A DNA stretch of 64,000 nucleotides, taken from the NCBI GenBank assembly GCA_965240325.2, contig OZ251234.1, positions 1,426,001-1,490,000 on the forward strand, in the 5' to 3' direction. The translations under genes and the position numbers were made by a program. The notes under the pieces were generated by a model, which was not told where the DNA came from, did no database searches, and saw nothing but the letters and a program-made list of their open reading frames with translations. This document shows positions 53,507-64,000 of the stretch, piece by piece. The stretch is from Rebecca billardiae RCC1528 (Eukaryota; Protista; Haptophyta). The stretch's first letter is position 1. Each line of letters opens with the position of its first letter.

Positions 53507-54706
53507 ATGATCGGGCCGTCGAGCACGACGCCTCTGCCGGGGATCGTCAGCCAGTACAATGACCGGCTCGGCCGCATATACGGCCCGGACACCCTCGAGG
53601 CGAACTGGTACGAGGAGCGGCTGCAGCGCGAGGGCGGCGTGCTCAACACGAAGGGCGAGGCGCCCGTGCTGCGTCACTTCGAGCCCGAGCTGTCCGCGCA
53701 CCAGCGCGAGATCTCGGGGGACCTCGGGATCGCCTCGCGCATACAGCGCCACCCGTTCATGTTCAAGAGCCGCTCGGTCGTCTCTGACGGGCTCAACGAG
53801 CGGGTGTCGATGAGCGAGACCTTCTTTGCACCACTCGACAAGCGGCCGGCCAACCCGGTGGGCGCGGGGCGCACGACGTCGCACGACCAGATGCTGCAGC
53901 GCTTCGCGCAGCACGACGAGCCCAAGACGCGCCAGAGCAAAGACCGCATGTCCAACATCGAGCACGAGGTCCGGCCCATCGCCGACTCGGAGGAGAAGGT
54001 GCGCAAGAAGATGATCGACATGCACACGCTGCGCCACCTTGATGCGCACCGCCCCTCCGTGCACTCGGCGCGCTCGGGGTTCGGCTCGGTGGTCCCGTCG
54101 CACCCGGAGGGGCACGACGCCCGCTCGTTCGAGACGACGACGGGGCATGCCCTCTCGACGGGCCGCGACCCGCCGAAACTGGAGGTGAGCGCCGCCACGC
54201 CGCGCGCGCTGCGGTCCTGGGTCCGCGACGTCCGCGCGCCACGCCGGGTGTGCGCGCATGGGCATGACGCGCCCTCGTGCACGCGCGCGCCGGCCCCGCT
54301 CGCGCGCGCCGTCGCGCAGCGCCACCAGATGCCGCCGCGCAGCTCGATCGAGCGCGGGGCCAGCTTCGCCAACGGCGGGTACGAGAAGGGCAACACGGAC
54401 TACACCGTGTTCCCGTTTGGGCACGCCAGGGAGGCGGCGGAGGCGATGCACGGCGGCGGCAAGTCGCACTACGGCAAGAAGAGCGTGGTGAAGATCTTCC
54501 AGGAGGCGAACAACCCGCCCTCGGCGCAGGTGCGCCCCGGCCGGCCGCAGCCGGCGAGCAGCCTCGGCGCAACCGGCGAGGCATTCGCGCACACGGCCGA
54601 GCTCGATGGGAGCAGCGGGGACGTCGCGCTCGCAGCAGAAGCGCCACCACAACCCGCTGAGCCCGTGGCTGTGCCGGCGGTGCCAGAAGCTGACGTCGAG
54701 GCGTGA
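53507..54706 (+). CDS. Hypothetical protein, possibly a ciliary microtubule inner protein (CFAP68/CFAP107-like N-terminal motif); probable in-frame intron ~54185-54319
   Basis: YGPDTLEANWYEERL resembles the YxxxVLxxNWxEER motif; strong coding bias. Confidence 0.5.
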   Translation: MIGPSSTTPLPGIVSQYNDRLGRIYGPDTLEANWYEERLQREGGVLNTKGEAPVLRHFEPELSAHQREISGDLGIASRIQRHPFMFKSRSVVSDGLNERVSMSETFFAPLDKRPANPVGAGRTTSHDQMLQRFAQHDEPKTRQSKDRMSNIEHEVRPIADSEEKVRKKMIDMHTLRHLDAHRPSVHSARSGFGSVVPSHPEGHDARSFETTTGHALSTGRDPPKLEVSAATPRALRSWVRDVRAPRRVCAHGHDAPSCTRAPAPLARAVAQRHQMPPRSSIERGASFANGGYEKGNTDYTVFPFGHAREAAEAMHGGGKSHYGKKSVVKIFQEANNPPSAQVRPGRPQPASSLGATGEAFAHTAELDGSSGDVALAAEAPPQPAEPVAVPAVPEADVEA

Positions 54707-55487
54707 CGAGTCTTGGGGAGTCCGAGCCAGCGCCTTGGCGATCTCCCGTGAGATGCGCCCCACAACGCGGGTGTCGCCAGGGGCGGCGGGGCGCTGTGTT
54801 CGCGCGGGTCAGGTCGGGCTGCCTACTGACCATGCATGAGCGGTGAGCTGTTGCGGCGGAGGCCCTTTCACCTTTGCCAGGCTGCTTGGCAACTCGCATG
54901 GCCCCGCGTCAGTCCTCCGGGTGGGGCTGACCGCGGCCCGCCGGGGCCGCGGCGCCGCGGCCGCAGCGTCGTGTCTCGCAGTAGTGACACTTAAAGAGCG
55001 CCGCGATCACTCTGGCGGACGATCGACAAGTCCCGCGTTAGGCGGACCACCACGTCCACGAGGCACGCCCCGCCCGCCGCAGCGCGGCCCGCCCGCACCG
55101 CCGCGGCCGCGGGGCCGCGCCCGCGCGGCACGGCCCGCACTCCGCAGCCGCAGGCGCTGAGGCGCAGTCACGCGGACCGACGGAGGGCCCCAGCCCCGAT
55201 ATCGCCATCGGGCACGGCCCGTTAGAACTGCGGCTAGTCAGAGTCAGAGTCTGTTCATCTACATTTGGCGCGCGGGCCCGAGCGTTCAGACTCCGACCGT
55301 CCGAGACTCCGAGACTGCCACTGCGACTGCCACCGACGGACCGAGTTATCAGCGTCCCGGCGCGACTTGCCACTCCGGTGGCGGCGGGTCGGCTGCTGAA
55401 ATTCCATGAGCTGGGCTAGACCTCGTCCAAGGAGGTAGCCAGCTGGATCGCGGCGTGACCCGCAGCAGCCAACGAGCGCGGTCGCCA

Positions 55488-56513
55488 TTACAAAAGCTGC
55501 ACGTCATCGATGATCGTCGACAAGTCGAGCAGCTGGTTCGCGGGCATGTCTCCCTCGTCAAAGAGCAGCGGCGCCATGTCGCCGCACAGCTCGACCGTCC
55601 ACGAGTCATACAAGAGCTCGGCCGGTGCCATGTCAAGCGTGGGCCACGGCTCCTCGCTCGAGTCGGCAAAGAAGTTCGACTCGTCTGCCGACATAGGCGG
55701 GAGCGGGCTCAGCGCGTGTCCCCGCGCCAGCGTGGCGTCTGTGGCGGGCAGCGTGTCCGCCCCCGTGTCAGCTGTGGTCTCGCTGTCGCGGTCGCGCTTG
55801 CCGCATGCGGACGGCCTGCTCAGAGGTGTGGGCATCGCGGTGCCCACGACGAGCGCGCGCGTTGGCTTCCGCGCGCCCTTCTTAGGGGCCGATGAGCGCT
55901 CTGTCTCTGCGGAGGAGAGCGACGTGCCGGCCCTGCGCTCGTCGGAGCGGTCGGGCGTCTGCGGGCTCATCCCAGACGCGGTCTCGGCGGCGACCACGGT
56001 GCCAAGCTGCTCGGCGAGCACGCCATCCCAGGCGAGGGGTTCGTGGTGTGTGAGCTTGCAGTGCCGCTTGAGCGTGGACTGCGTGCGCAGCTGCAGCCCG
56101 CACGAGCACGCGAAGACGCGGCCGCAGGCCTTGAGGTGCATGGTCAGGTCCTCGCGCACGGCAAAGGCCTTCTTGCGGCACCGCTCGCAGAGGTGCTCCT
56201 TCTCGCCTGTGAAGTGGCGGCGGAGGAAGTGCTTCTTCGCCTGGTACTTCGTCGCGAACTTGCGCGGACAGATCTCGCAGACCGCGTCCTTGTCCCACTT
56301 GCCGTTCACCAGCGGCTCGTGGGAGGAGGTCGAGGGCGTCGTGCGCGGTGAATCAAGCGCCTTAAGCGCCTCGGCGGCAGGCACGCGCCGGCGTTGGCTG
56401 GTCATAGGCGTGCCAGCGCGCGGCACGCTCATGAGCGACGTCGGAAGCGACGCGAGGACCGGGCTAAGCTGCTTATGCGAGGTTGGCGACCCGATCTCGA
56501 GCTCCATGTGCAT
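55488..56513 (-). CDS. C2H2/C2HC zinc-finger transcription factor (STOP1/WIP/IDD/ATMIN-like finger array) with acidic C-terminus
   Basis: CEIC..KKHFLRRH, GEKEHLCERC..DLTMHLKAC, GRVFACSCG..LKRHCKLTHH. Confidence 0.85.
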   Translation of the reverse strand: MHMELEIGSPTSHKQLSPVLASLPTSLMSVPRAGTPMTSQRRRVPAAEALKALDSPRTTPSTSSHEPLVNGKWDKDAVCEICPRKFATKYQAKKHFLRRHFTGEKEHLCERCRKKAFAVREDLTMHLKACGRVFACSCGLQLRTQSTLKRHCKLTHHEPLAWDGVLAEQLGTVVAAETASGMSPQTPDRSDERRAGTSLSSAETERSSAPKKGARKPTRALVVGTAMPTPLSRPSACGKRDRDSETTADTGADTLPATDATLARGHALSPLPPMSADESNFFADSSEEPWPTLDMAPAELLYDSWTVELCGDMAPLLFDEGDMPANQLLDLSTIIDDVQLL

Positions 56514-57406
56514 GCGGTGTGGCGCGGGTGAGCGGCGGTCGGGCGGCGATGTTCGGAAGGGAAGGCCGGTGGGTTGCGAAGGTAGCAAGCGCGGTTTTGG
56601 GAGACGTGGCGAACGAGTGTTTCGTCCTCGAAGTCGAGCGAACATTTGTCTGCGAACACCCCAATCGCCCCAATCTCACGCGAGATAGCTACCGCGCAGG
56701 TTGGGACCGACACGCGGGGGAGCACGATCATAGGCAGTTTCGGCGGAGTAGTGGTCCCATATTGACGTTTTGGTTGATCGTCACGAATTATGAGGCTTAA
56801 CTATGGGCCGAAAGGCTGATTTCTTACCGGCGCTTACCACCGAAGTTCCACTCCCCGGTTCCGCGTGCCGGAGTGGGCGATTATTCTGGAGGTGATTGTT
56901 CGGCAGGACTTGGTGAATTCGCGAGCATTACTACCGCTTTGTCTTGACCATTTCGTTAGGTCGGGCCCTTTTGACATTGGTAGCTCAGGTAATGGCCAAT
57001 CACAATCATCGCGCGCTTGGTATGAAACGATTATTGAAACGATTCTCGTCAAAAACACCCGCGCCCATTTTGAGTCGGCCCCAGACTGAGCAAGCAAGCT
57101 ACAAGCTTGAGGGGCGACCGCGCGCGCAGAGCTGAGTAGCTAGCAATGGCGTCTGAGCCGGGCGTCCGTACGAGTGACCGTCCATAAGCCCCTGCCACTT
57201 TTTGAGCCCGGTTTGCGCCTACTATGGGCGGCTTAATGCGAGAGTGGAGAGTGGCGGGCGCCCACAGCGAAGCCGTCAGACGTGTTGGCAGGGTCGAGTA
57301 GCCCCGGCCCCCGCCACGCGCCAGCCCCGTGGCCGTGCGTCCACTCTCTCCGCCGTGGCCGTGGCCGCGCCGGTGACTCTCACTCCGGCTACGCCGCGCG
57401 GCGGCC

Positions 57407-60400
57407 GGGGAACTTACAGTCAGACGCTCTGAATCGGCCCCCTCGCTCAGAGCGCTCTGAGCGAGGGGCCGATTCAGAGGGTTTTCCGCCCGCCCCACTG
57501 GCGAGCGCGGTGCGGGACGCACGTATCGCACTGGGGCGGTGCTCAGCACTGCACTCACGGCGCGCCGCGATGTGTTCGGGCGGTGGACGGGGCTGAATCG
57601 GCCGAGAGTGACGGTGCGATGGGCCGTGGTGACTCTGCCATCACCCAGTGATCTCGTGCGGTGCCAGCTCGCCCTTCGCTTCGTCGCCACTCGCACTCGC
57701 ACCAGTCGCGTGCGCCCATGGCTTGCCTTTCGCGCGCTGTGTTCCCGCGCAGTGTGTGCTTGGTAGCAGGGTGCTGGTGGCCGGTGGTTGCCGGCGCGGA
57801 GGAACGAAATGTTTGCAGCTACGCTACATCCCAGACGCCATGTGCCCGTCCTCGTCGAGCGATGGACAGACACGCGTGTCGCGCATGCGCTCGCGGAAGC
57901 AGGCTGCACGGCGGCGCGCGGGCCTGGCTGCACGCGCAGGACAAGCTGCACCACACAGCTGCCCCCGCCATGAGCCCCAGCTGCGTACGCACACCTCTTC
58001 CGTGTTGTCTGATCCGCCAGGCCGACACGGTGCGGAGACTGCGTGCGTGAGACACCAACAGTCAGCGGCCACAGCGCACACGGTTGCGTGCGGCAGCAAT
58101 CTGGCTTACAGCTTTCTCTCGGAAGCGATGGCCACGTCGACCGGCTGGCAACGTCGGTGCGCTAAGCGATGGCGCGACATCGCTGCTACCTGCCGTTGGG
58201 GACCCCTCGCGCAAGAAAGCCCTCGTTCCTCGTCGGAAGGGCGGGCGCGACCGCGCCACGCCTCCCTCGCGCTGCTCGCATTGCTCACGGCCACGCTTGC
58301 GCTCACGCTCGCGACATCGGCCGCGCCACCGCCCGTGGTAGTGAGCTCGGTCACCACCGCCGTGGTGCTTTCGGGTGCTTTACGTTTGCCCTGGCCTACC
58401 GTGCGCCGGCAGCCGCCAGGCGAGTGCATTGGCCTCCGGCCGGCAGGGCGGCCGTTCTCACTCTGCGAGTGCGCGCGCTGGGGCGAACTGCTTCGGCATG
58501 CCCGGCGTCCTGATTCAGACGGCAAGTGCATCTGCATCCGCCCGACACGCCGCCCACTGAGCGCCAGGCGCCGCACCGATGGTGCTATTGCTGCAGCTGA
58601 GCGGACCTGGTGCCGAGCGTCTGACGCTGTGCATGTTGCGAAACCCACCGCCATTGCCGCACCCGTCCGCATGCGCATGGGTCAGCGCTGCTTGAGGTGC
58701 TGCCGTCAGGCGCGCGCGGCGAGCGGCCTCCACCATCGGCACCGCCGCCGAAGTGCCAGACGCGGAAGGGGCTGTCTCGCCCACGTACAGCGCTAAGCTG
58801 CGCGCCGGGCGGGACACGCCCACCACGCCCGGCGGGTACGAAGTCCTCCTAAGGCTCCGAGCGCCGACGCTGTACGCGGTGACGAGTTGAGCCCTGCTGC
58901 ACAGCTTCTGCAAACGCCAAGTCTCGGACTCTGCGCAAGCTGGATTTTTATTTTAATTAAAATCCCTGCAAGGCGGAATGAAAAAGAGGCTGCATAAAAT
59001 CCCAATCCACAAGTCATCTCCCCTCATAACGCTGGTACGGCTGCGTTGAAGCTGCCAACGCGAGCCACAACAGTTGTTGTCCCAGCCGCAGCATCTGCAG
59101 CAGCTGCTTGGAGCAGGACTCCCGCGACAGCGACCCCCCGAAGCACCTTCCCGCGCGGCTGCTCGGACGACTGTGTCCTCAGATTGCCGCCGCTCAGCCG
59201 ATCGTCGAGCCACAGCTGCCGGAGGTGCAAGGGCTGCGAGTGCTGTTGGCGATATGTCAGCAAGTGCGGGTGTGCCAGCGGCAGCGATGGGGCGACTGCC
59301 ACCGGCGCTGTTGCTGTTTCATCAATCGAAGCAACGGCTGCATCAGCTGCTGCGCGCCGCCGCATGTGCCAGTGACCTGTGTGCGCCGTGGCCGCTGACT
59401 GTCGGTGTCTCACGCAGTCTCCGCGCGGTGTCGGCCTGGCGGATCAGACAACACGGAAGAGGTGTGCGTACGCAGCTGGGGCTCATGGCGGGGGCAGCTG
59501 CGTGGTGCAGCTTGTCCTGCGCGTGCAGCCAGGCCCGCGCGCCGCTGTGCAGCCTGCTTCCGCGAGCGCATGCGCGACACGCGTGTCTGTCCATCGCTCG
59601 ACGAGGACGGGCACATGGCGTCTGGGATGTAGCGTAGCTGCAAACATTTCGTTCCTCCGCGCCGGCAACCACCGGCCACCAGCACCCTGCTACCAAGCAC
59701 ACACTGCGCGGGAACACAGCGCGCGAAAGGCAAGCCATGGGCGCACGCGACTGGTGCGAGTGCGAGTGGCGACGAAGCGAAGGGCGAGCTGGCACCGCAC
59801 GAGATCACTGGGTGATGGCAGAGTCACCACGGCCCATCGCACCGTCACTCTCGGCCGATTCAGCCCCGTCCACCGCCCGAACACATCGCGGCGCGCCGTG
59901 AGTGCAGCGCTGAGCACCGCCCCAGTACGATGTGCGTCCCGCACCGCGCTCGCCAGTGGGGCGGGCGGAAAACCCTCTGAATCGGCCCCTCGCTCAGAGC
60001 GCTCTGAGCGAGGGGGCCGATTCAGCAAGGAGACTTTAAAAAACCACTGGGGAGGAAGGCAAGTGGACCCATGCCAAGGGCGGTAAGGGCTGTCAACTCC
60101 CAGTGGCGCCGAGTGGCGGAGGTTGGTTGCCCCTCAACTCGTGCGGCCTCGCGGCGCAGCGGCTAAGTCTCCTGGGGCGCCGCCCAGGAGGGCGCGTGGG
60201 GTGCGCACGCCGCGTGCTCCTGCGGCCGCGGCAGCGGCCGCGGACACGGCGCGCGTGGTTGGTCGCATGCTAGACAGTATGTAGTACCCTCCCACGCCGC
60301 GCGCCGTGCTCGCCGGTGCCCTCGCCGTGCCTCAGGCCAGCCGCGCACGCGCGCCGCACCAATGGCCAGCCGTGGCCACGCGCCAGCCGCCGGCGCGCGC

Positions 60401-61449
60401 GCGGTGCGCGGTGCGGTCGGCGCGGGTCGGGCGCGCGCCCGGGGCGAGGCTTGTGTATGATGGGCGCGCGTCATGCCGCCTCGCGCCGCCGCACACGAGC
60501 TTGATCACGTTCCACGCGGCTGCTGAAGGGTGCTCGTCGAGCATTCCTCGGCCATCAGAAATGAGCTTGGACAAGCGGCTGTGAGCGCACTGAGTGCGAG
60601 GAACGCGAGCACTTGGGGGCTCGCGTGCCATAGTATGATGCTAGTCGTGCTCATATCAGTGGTCTGCGCTTGTCTATCACGCGTCGCTGCCTTCCCATGA
60701 TCGTCTCAACATGAGCATTTTCAAACATGGCAATGCACACTCGACAGCATGAGAACGCGTGCGCGCCGACCCATGCGGGCTCCAGCGCGGCGGCGCGAGG
60801 CGGCATGACGCGCGCCCAACATACACAAGCCTCGCCCCGGGCGCGCGCCCGACCCGCGCCGACCGCACCGCGCACCGCGCGCGCGCCGGCGGCTGGCGCG
60901 TGGCCACGGCTGGCCATTGGTGCGGCGCGCGTGCGCGGCTGGCCTGAGGCACGGCGAGGGCACCGGCGAGCACGGCGCGCGGCGTGGGAGGGTACTACAT
61001 ACTGTCTAGCATGCGACCAACCACGCGCGCCGTGTCCGCGGCCGCTGCCGCGGCCGCAGGAGCACGCGGCGTGCGCACCCCACGCGCCCTCCTGGGCGGC
61101 GCCCCAGGAGACTTAGCCGCTGCGCCGCGAGGCCGCACGAGTTGAGGGGCAACCAACCTCCGCCACTCGGCGCCACTGGGAGTTGACAGCCCTTACCGCC
61201 CTTGCCCATGCTCCGTACCCCGCGGTTCCAGAGTCCGGTGTTTTGGAAGCCTGGCCACAGTGGCTTTTTGTCCGGAGATCGTTCAGAATAGGCGTTTCGG
61301 CTAGAAAATCACCGCTGAAGCCTGCAAAATCACCGGACTTCAGAACCGCGGGGTACAGAGCATGGGACCGAGCTCGCACTGGGGGCTTCCTCCCCAGTGG
61401 GTTATTTGTAAGACCCCTTGGATTCAGAGCGTCTGACTGTAAGTTCCCC
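57407..61449. mobile_element. Non-autonomous Mutator (MULE)/foldback-like element, ~680-bp TIRs, 9-11-bp TSD; right TIR interrupted
   Basis: Left GGGGAACTTACAGTCAGACGCTCTGAATC..., right ...GATTCAGAGCGTCTGACTGTAAGTTCCCC; arm 57407-58082 inverted at 59377-60025 plus 61421-61449; TSD GCGCGGCGGCC at 57396-57406 and 61450-61460. Confidence 0.88.
60026..61420. mobile_element. Non-autonomous P/Galileo-like foldback element, CAAGG...CCTTG termini, 7-bp TSD GATTCAG
   Basis: TSD at 60019-60025 and 61421-61427; imperfect ~34-bp terminal IR plus ~420-bp inner arms (60070-60492 / 60787-61210). Confidence 0.85.
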
Positions 61450-61586
61450 GCGCGGCGGCCGGCCCGCAGAGCCTCGGCAGAGCGAGTCGGCGGTTTCAGT
61501 CGTCCCTTCGCGCTCAGGTCGCCACGCCGTTGGGAGAGAACAGCAAAGTGGCAGGGGTTTATGCCGCACACCCTACCGACCCTTCA

Positions 61587-63050
61587 CTATGTGTTCTCGA
61601 CGGCACAGTGCATCACCTCGCGCAGCACGACGGCACGCGTCTCGGCCGCGCCGGCGTGCTCGGCCTCACGCTGCTTGGCGGCCAACACGGACTTGGTCTT
61701 CGCCCGGGGGCGGGATGTGACTTTGGCAAGCAGCAAACGCGGCGTGATGCGTGGCTTGATGCGTGGCGACAGAGCCGTCTCACTCGCGCCATCCCCAGCC
61801 GCGAGCAGCTTGGCCAGATGCGGGAAGTGGCTGAAGACGTGCGCGACCTGCGCATTCGCGGTGCGCAAGCTCCCTGCGGTCGCCGATGCGCTGGGCGGTG
61901 CATCCGCTGCTTCCGCTGCTGCACAGGTGCACGGCTTGAACGCGCCCTCGATGCCACCCAGCACTCCGAGCGCCGCCGTCGGCAGGCATGTCCCGAGCGG
62001 CTCGTCCGCAAAGACGCACGCGTCGTGCGTGAGCGCGACCTCCACGACGGCTGCCCCCGTCACGGAGGAGAGCTGCACGCTGTCCAGCCCCGCCGCGCGT
62101 GCGCCGATGGCGATGAGGCCGTCCTTGGCGGGCAGGCAGAATATGCGGCCGGCGGCCCCGCCGCGCAATTTGGCGAGCTTCTTGGCCACCTCGGGCTGCA
62201 TGCGGCACCACGCCTCTGCCCGCTGGAAGCCGTCACGTTCCCGGCCCAGCGCAGTGCAGTCACCCAGCGAGAGCACGGGCGTCTGGCTAAGCTTCGCCAC
62301 GGGCGGCACCCACGCGCAGAAATGCCGCAGGTGGCCCGGGTGCAGTCGGCTCGTCGGCGTGACGTTGACGGGCCGGCCGCGCTGGTCGACGTCCGCCGCG
62401 GCACGGCAGAACCTGCCGATGGCAGTGCTGCGCGGCATCGACGCGGTGCGGCCGAGGCTGACGTGCACGCCCGATCCGCGCACGGCGTACGCCCAGCAGC
62501 CGTACCCGACCCCTTCCGGGAAGACGCGGGGCCACTCGTGCAGCACCTCGACCCGCGCGCCGCTCGGGCTGAGCAGCGCGACCTCGGGCCAGTCGGGCTC
62601 CCGCCTCGCCGGGCGCGCGCGCGAACGAAGCGGGTGCATCAGGACCGACGGCCTGGCGTGCTTGACGGAGATGTGCGGCGCGTTCGAGAAGTAGAGCCCT
62701 CCACACGTGAGCGATGGGCTGGCACCCTTCTTCGTCGCGTTTGTCTTCACACTCAAAGAGTGGAACACGGTGAAGCGCGAGACATCCACGCGGCCGACCG
62801 CCTGTGCGCCATAGATCGTGCGGACGTAGTCACGCCAGGGCGCCCACGCCGCCTTTGCACTCGCCGGTGTGGGGAGTGAGGCCGCGAATGCGGTGGCCAC
62901 GGCGCAGCTGTCCAGGAAGTACGTGGAACGCCCGTCGCCCAGCGCAGACAGACACGCCCCCGCGTGCCATCGATGCTCGGCTGGCACGCCCCCGTGAACA
63001 GCCGACGTCAGCAGAATAAGAGCAGCACGGCGCCGCCATAATTGCGCCAT
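61587..63050 (-). CDS. Hypothetical secreted Cys-containing protein, intronless
   Basis: Signal peptide MAQLWRRRAALILLTSAVHG; long ORF with VEVLH..GYGCWAYAVRGSGVHVSLGRT. Confidence 0.65.
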   Translation of the reverse strand: MAQLWRRRAALILLTSAVHGGVPAEHRWHAGACLSALGDGRSTYFLDSCAVATAFAASLPTPASAKAAWAPWRDYVRTIYGAQAVGRVDVSRFTVFHSLSVKTNATKKGASPSLTCGGLYFSNAPHISVKHARPSVLMHPLRSRARPARREPDWPEVALLSPSGARVEVLHEWPRVFPEGVGYGCWAYAVRGSGVHVSLGRTASMPRSTAIGRFCRAAADVDQRGRPVNVTPTSRLHPGHLRHFCAWVPPVAKLSQTPVLSLGDCTALGRERDGFQRAEAWCRMQPEVAKKLAKLRGGAAGRIFCLPAKDGLIAIGARAAGLDSVQLSSVTGAAVVEVALTHDACVFADEPLGTCLPTAALGVLGGIEGAFKPCTCAAAEAADAPPSASATAGSLRTANAQVAHVFSHFPHLAKLLAAGDGASETALSPRIKPRITPRLLLAKVTSRPRAKTKSVLAAKQREAEHAGAAETRAVVLREVMHCAVENT

Positions 63051-63344
63051 GCGCACGCCGCCGTCGTGCACGATACTCGACCTCGGCTGCGGGAACAGCG
63101 CGGTGCTGCTCATGCTCGCGCACGCGCTGCCACACGCGCGCTGCGTCGGCAGGCGCGCGCCGAGGCGCGGTCGTGCCCGTTGGCTGTCTGAGAGGTTTTA
63201 TTTCGAAAGAATTAATTGATGCTATTTGCCGATATGATCGGCTACGCCGATCCTCGGGTAGTAAACAACGAAGTTGAGGGCGCACGGCCCTGACAGTAGT
63301 TGGGAGAGCAGGGAGGTGTCACCAAACCGAGCTCAGAATGAGGA

Positions 63345-64000
63345 GTGTACAGAGCTAAGCGGATGTACCATGGTACACTTTGGTACATAATTGGTACACT
63401 ATTGGTACACTATTGGTACATGTAAAGATGTACCAAGTGTACCAATAGTGTACCAATAGTGTACCAAAGTGTACCAACGCATCCTGACAATGTACCAAAT
63501 GTCATTGGGTGTACCATGGTACATTTTGGTACATCCACATAGCACATGTTGGTACATTACCTGATGTACCAACTCCTCCCAAATGTACCAACTCGTCCGA
63601 AGAATGTACCAATGTGTCCCAACCGGATGTACCAAATGTACCATGATACCATGTGTACCAACCGTCCCCCAATGTACCATCAAATATCAATGTACCAACT
63701 TTTCATGAATGTACCAATAGTGTACCATCATCGGCGATTCAGAGCTGGTACACTTTCCTGGGTGTACCTGGTACACCCAGAATCCCTGGTACATCGGGGG
63801 TTCAGTAGATGGTACACTCGTGCCGGAGTTGAGTACACTTTTGGTACACCCTGCTGGGCCGAGTTGGTACATTCAGCGGAAATTTGGTACACTTGGTACA
63901 TTTTCAGGACGAGTTGGTACACTGTTGGTACACCCTGGACCAAGTTGGTACATTTCGCGGAAATTTGGTACACTTGGTACATTTTCAGGACGAGTTGGTA
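63345..64000. repeat. GTAC-core (TGTACCA/TGGTACA) repeat field with an ~81-bp higher-order unit at the right edge; continues beyond the window
   Basis: Dozens of TGTACC/GGTACA motifs in both orientations; aaatttggtacacttggtacattttcaggacgagttggta at 63880 and 63961. Confidence 0.9.

Noticed and set aside
57049-61571. Multiple 100-380-aa ORFs in the repeat nest as transposases
   Set aside because: No DDE, THAP or zinc-finger motifs; the ORFs are mirrored because of the inverted arms.
63399-63982. W/Y/H/V-rich short ORFs
   Set aside because: Translation artefacts of the GTAC repeat.

Overview
Very GC-rich, gene-dense eukaryotic nuclear DNA with short spliceosomal introns (GT-AG plus some GC-AG donors). 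This style fits a haptophyte or similar alga, but that is an inference. About 23 protein-coding genes are supportable, many as head-to-head pairs about 75-240 bp apart. They include a degenerate class I DAHP synthase (truncated by the window edge), a MESD-like ER chaperone, NEMF/Rqc2, a family II (DHH/DHHA2) pyrophosphatase, two GT77-like and two GT4-like glycosyltransferases, an O-fucosyltransferase-like gene and two sulfotransferase-like genes. Also present are a TVP15/COPI-associated protein, a THAP-like/DEDDy exonuclease ORF, NELF-B, an SDR, a giant Pro-rich/Cys-rich multi-TM surface protein, a SET methyltransferase, prolyl 4-hydroxylase-ShKT, a DEAD-box helicase, CAF-1 p60, an LpqC-type esterase, a ciliary MIP-like protein and a C2H2 zinc finger. 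The non-coding DNA holds several non-autonomous DNA transposons: two MITEs (12962-13443, 17382-17894) and a nested stack at 57.2-61.6 kb, where a 7-bp-TSD foldback element sits inside the right TIR of a MULE-like element, possibly within a third element. There is also a ~330-nt hairpin (18061-18390) and a GTAC-motif repeat field at the right edge. All calls come from reading motifs by eye; no database searches were run.
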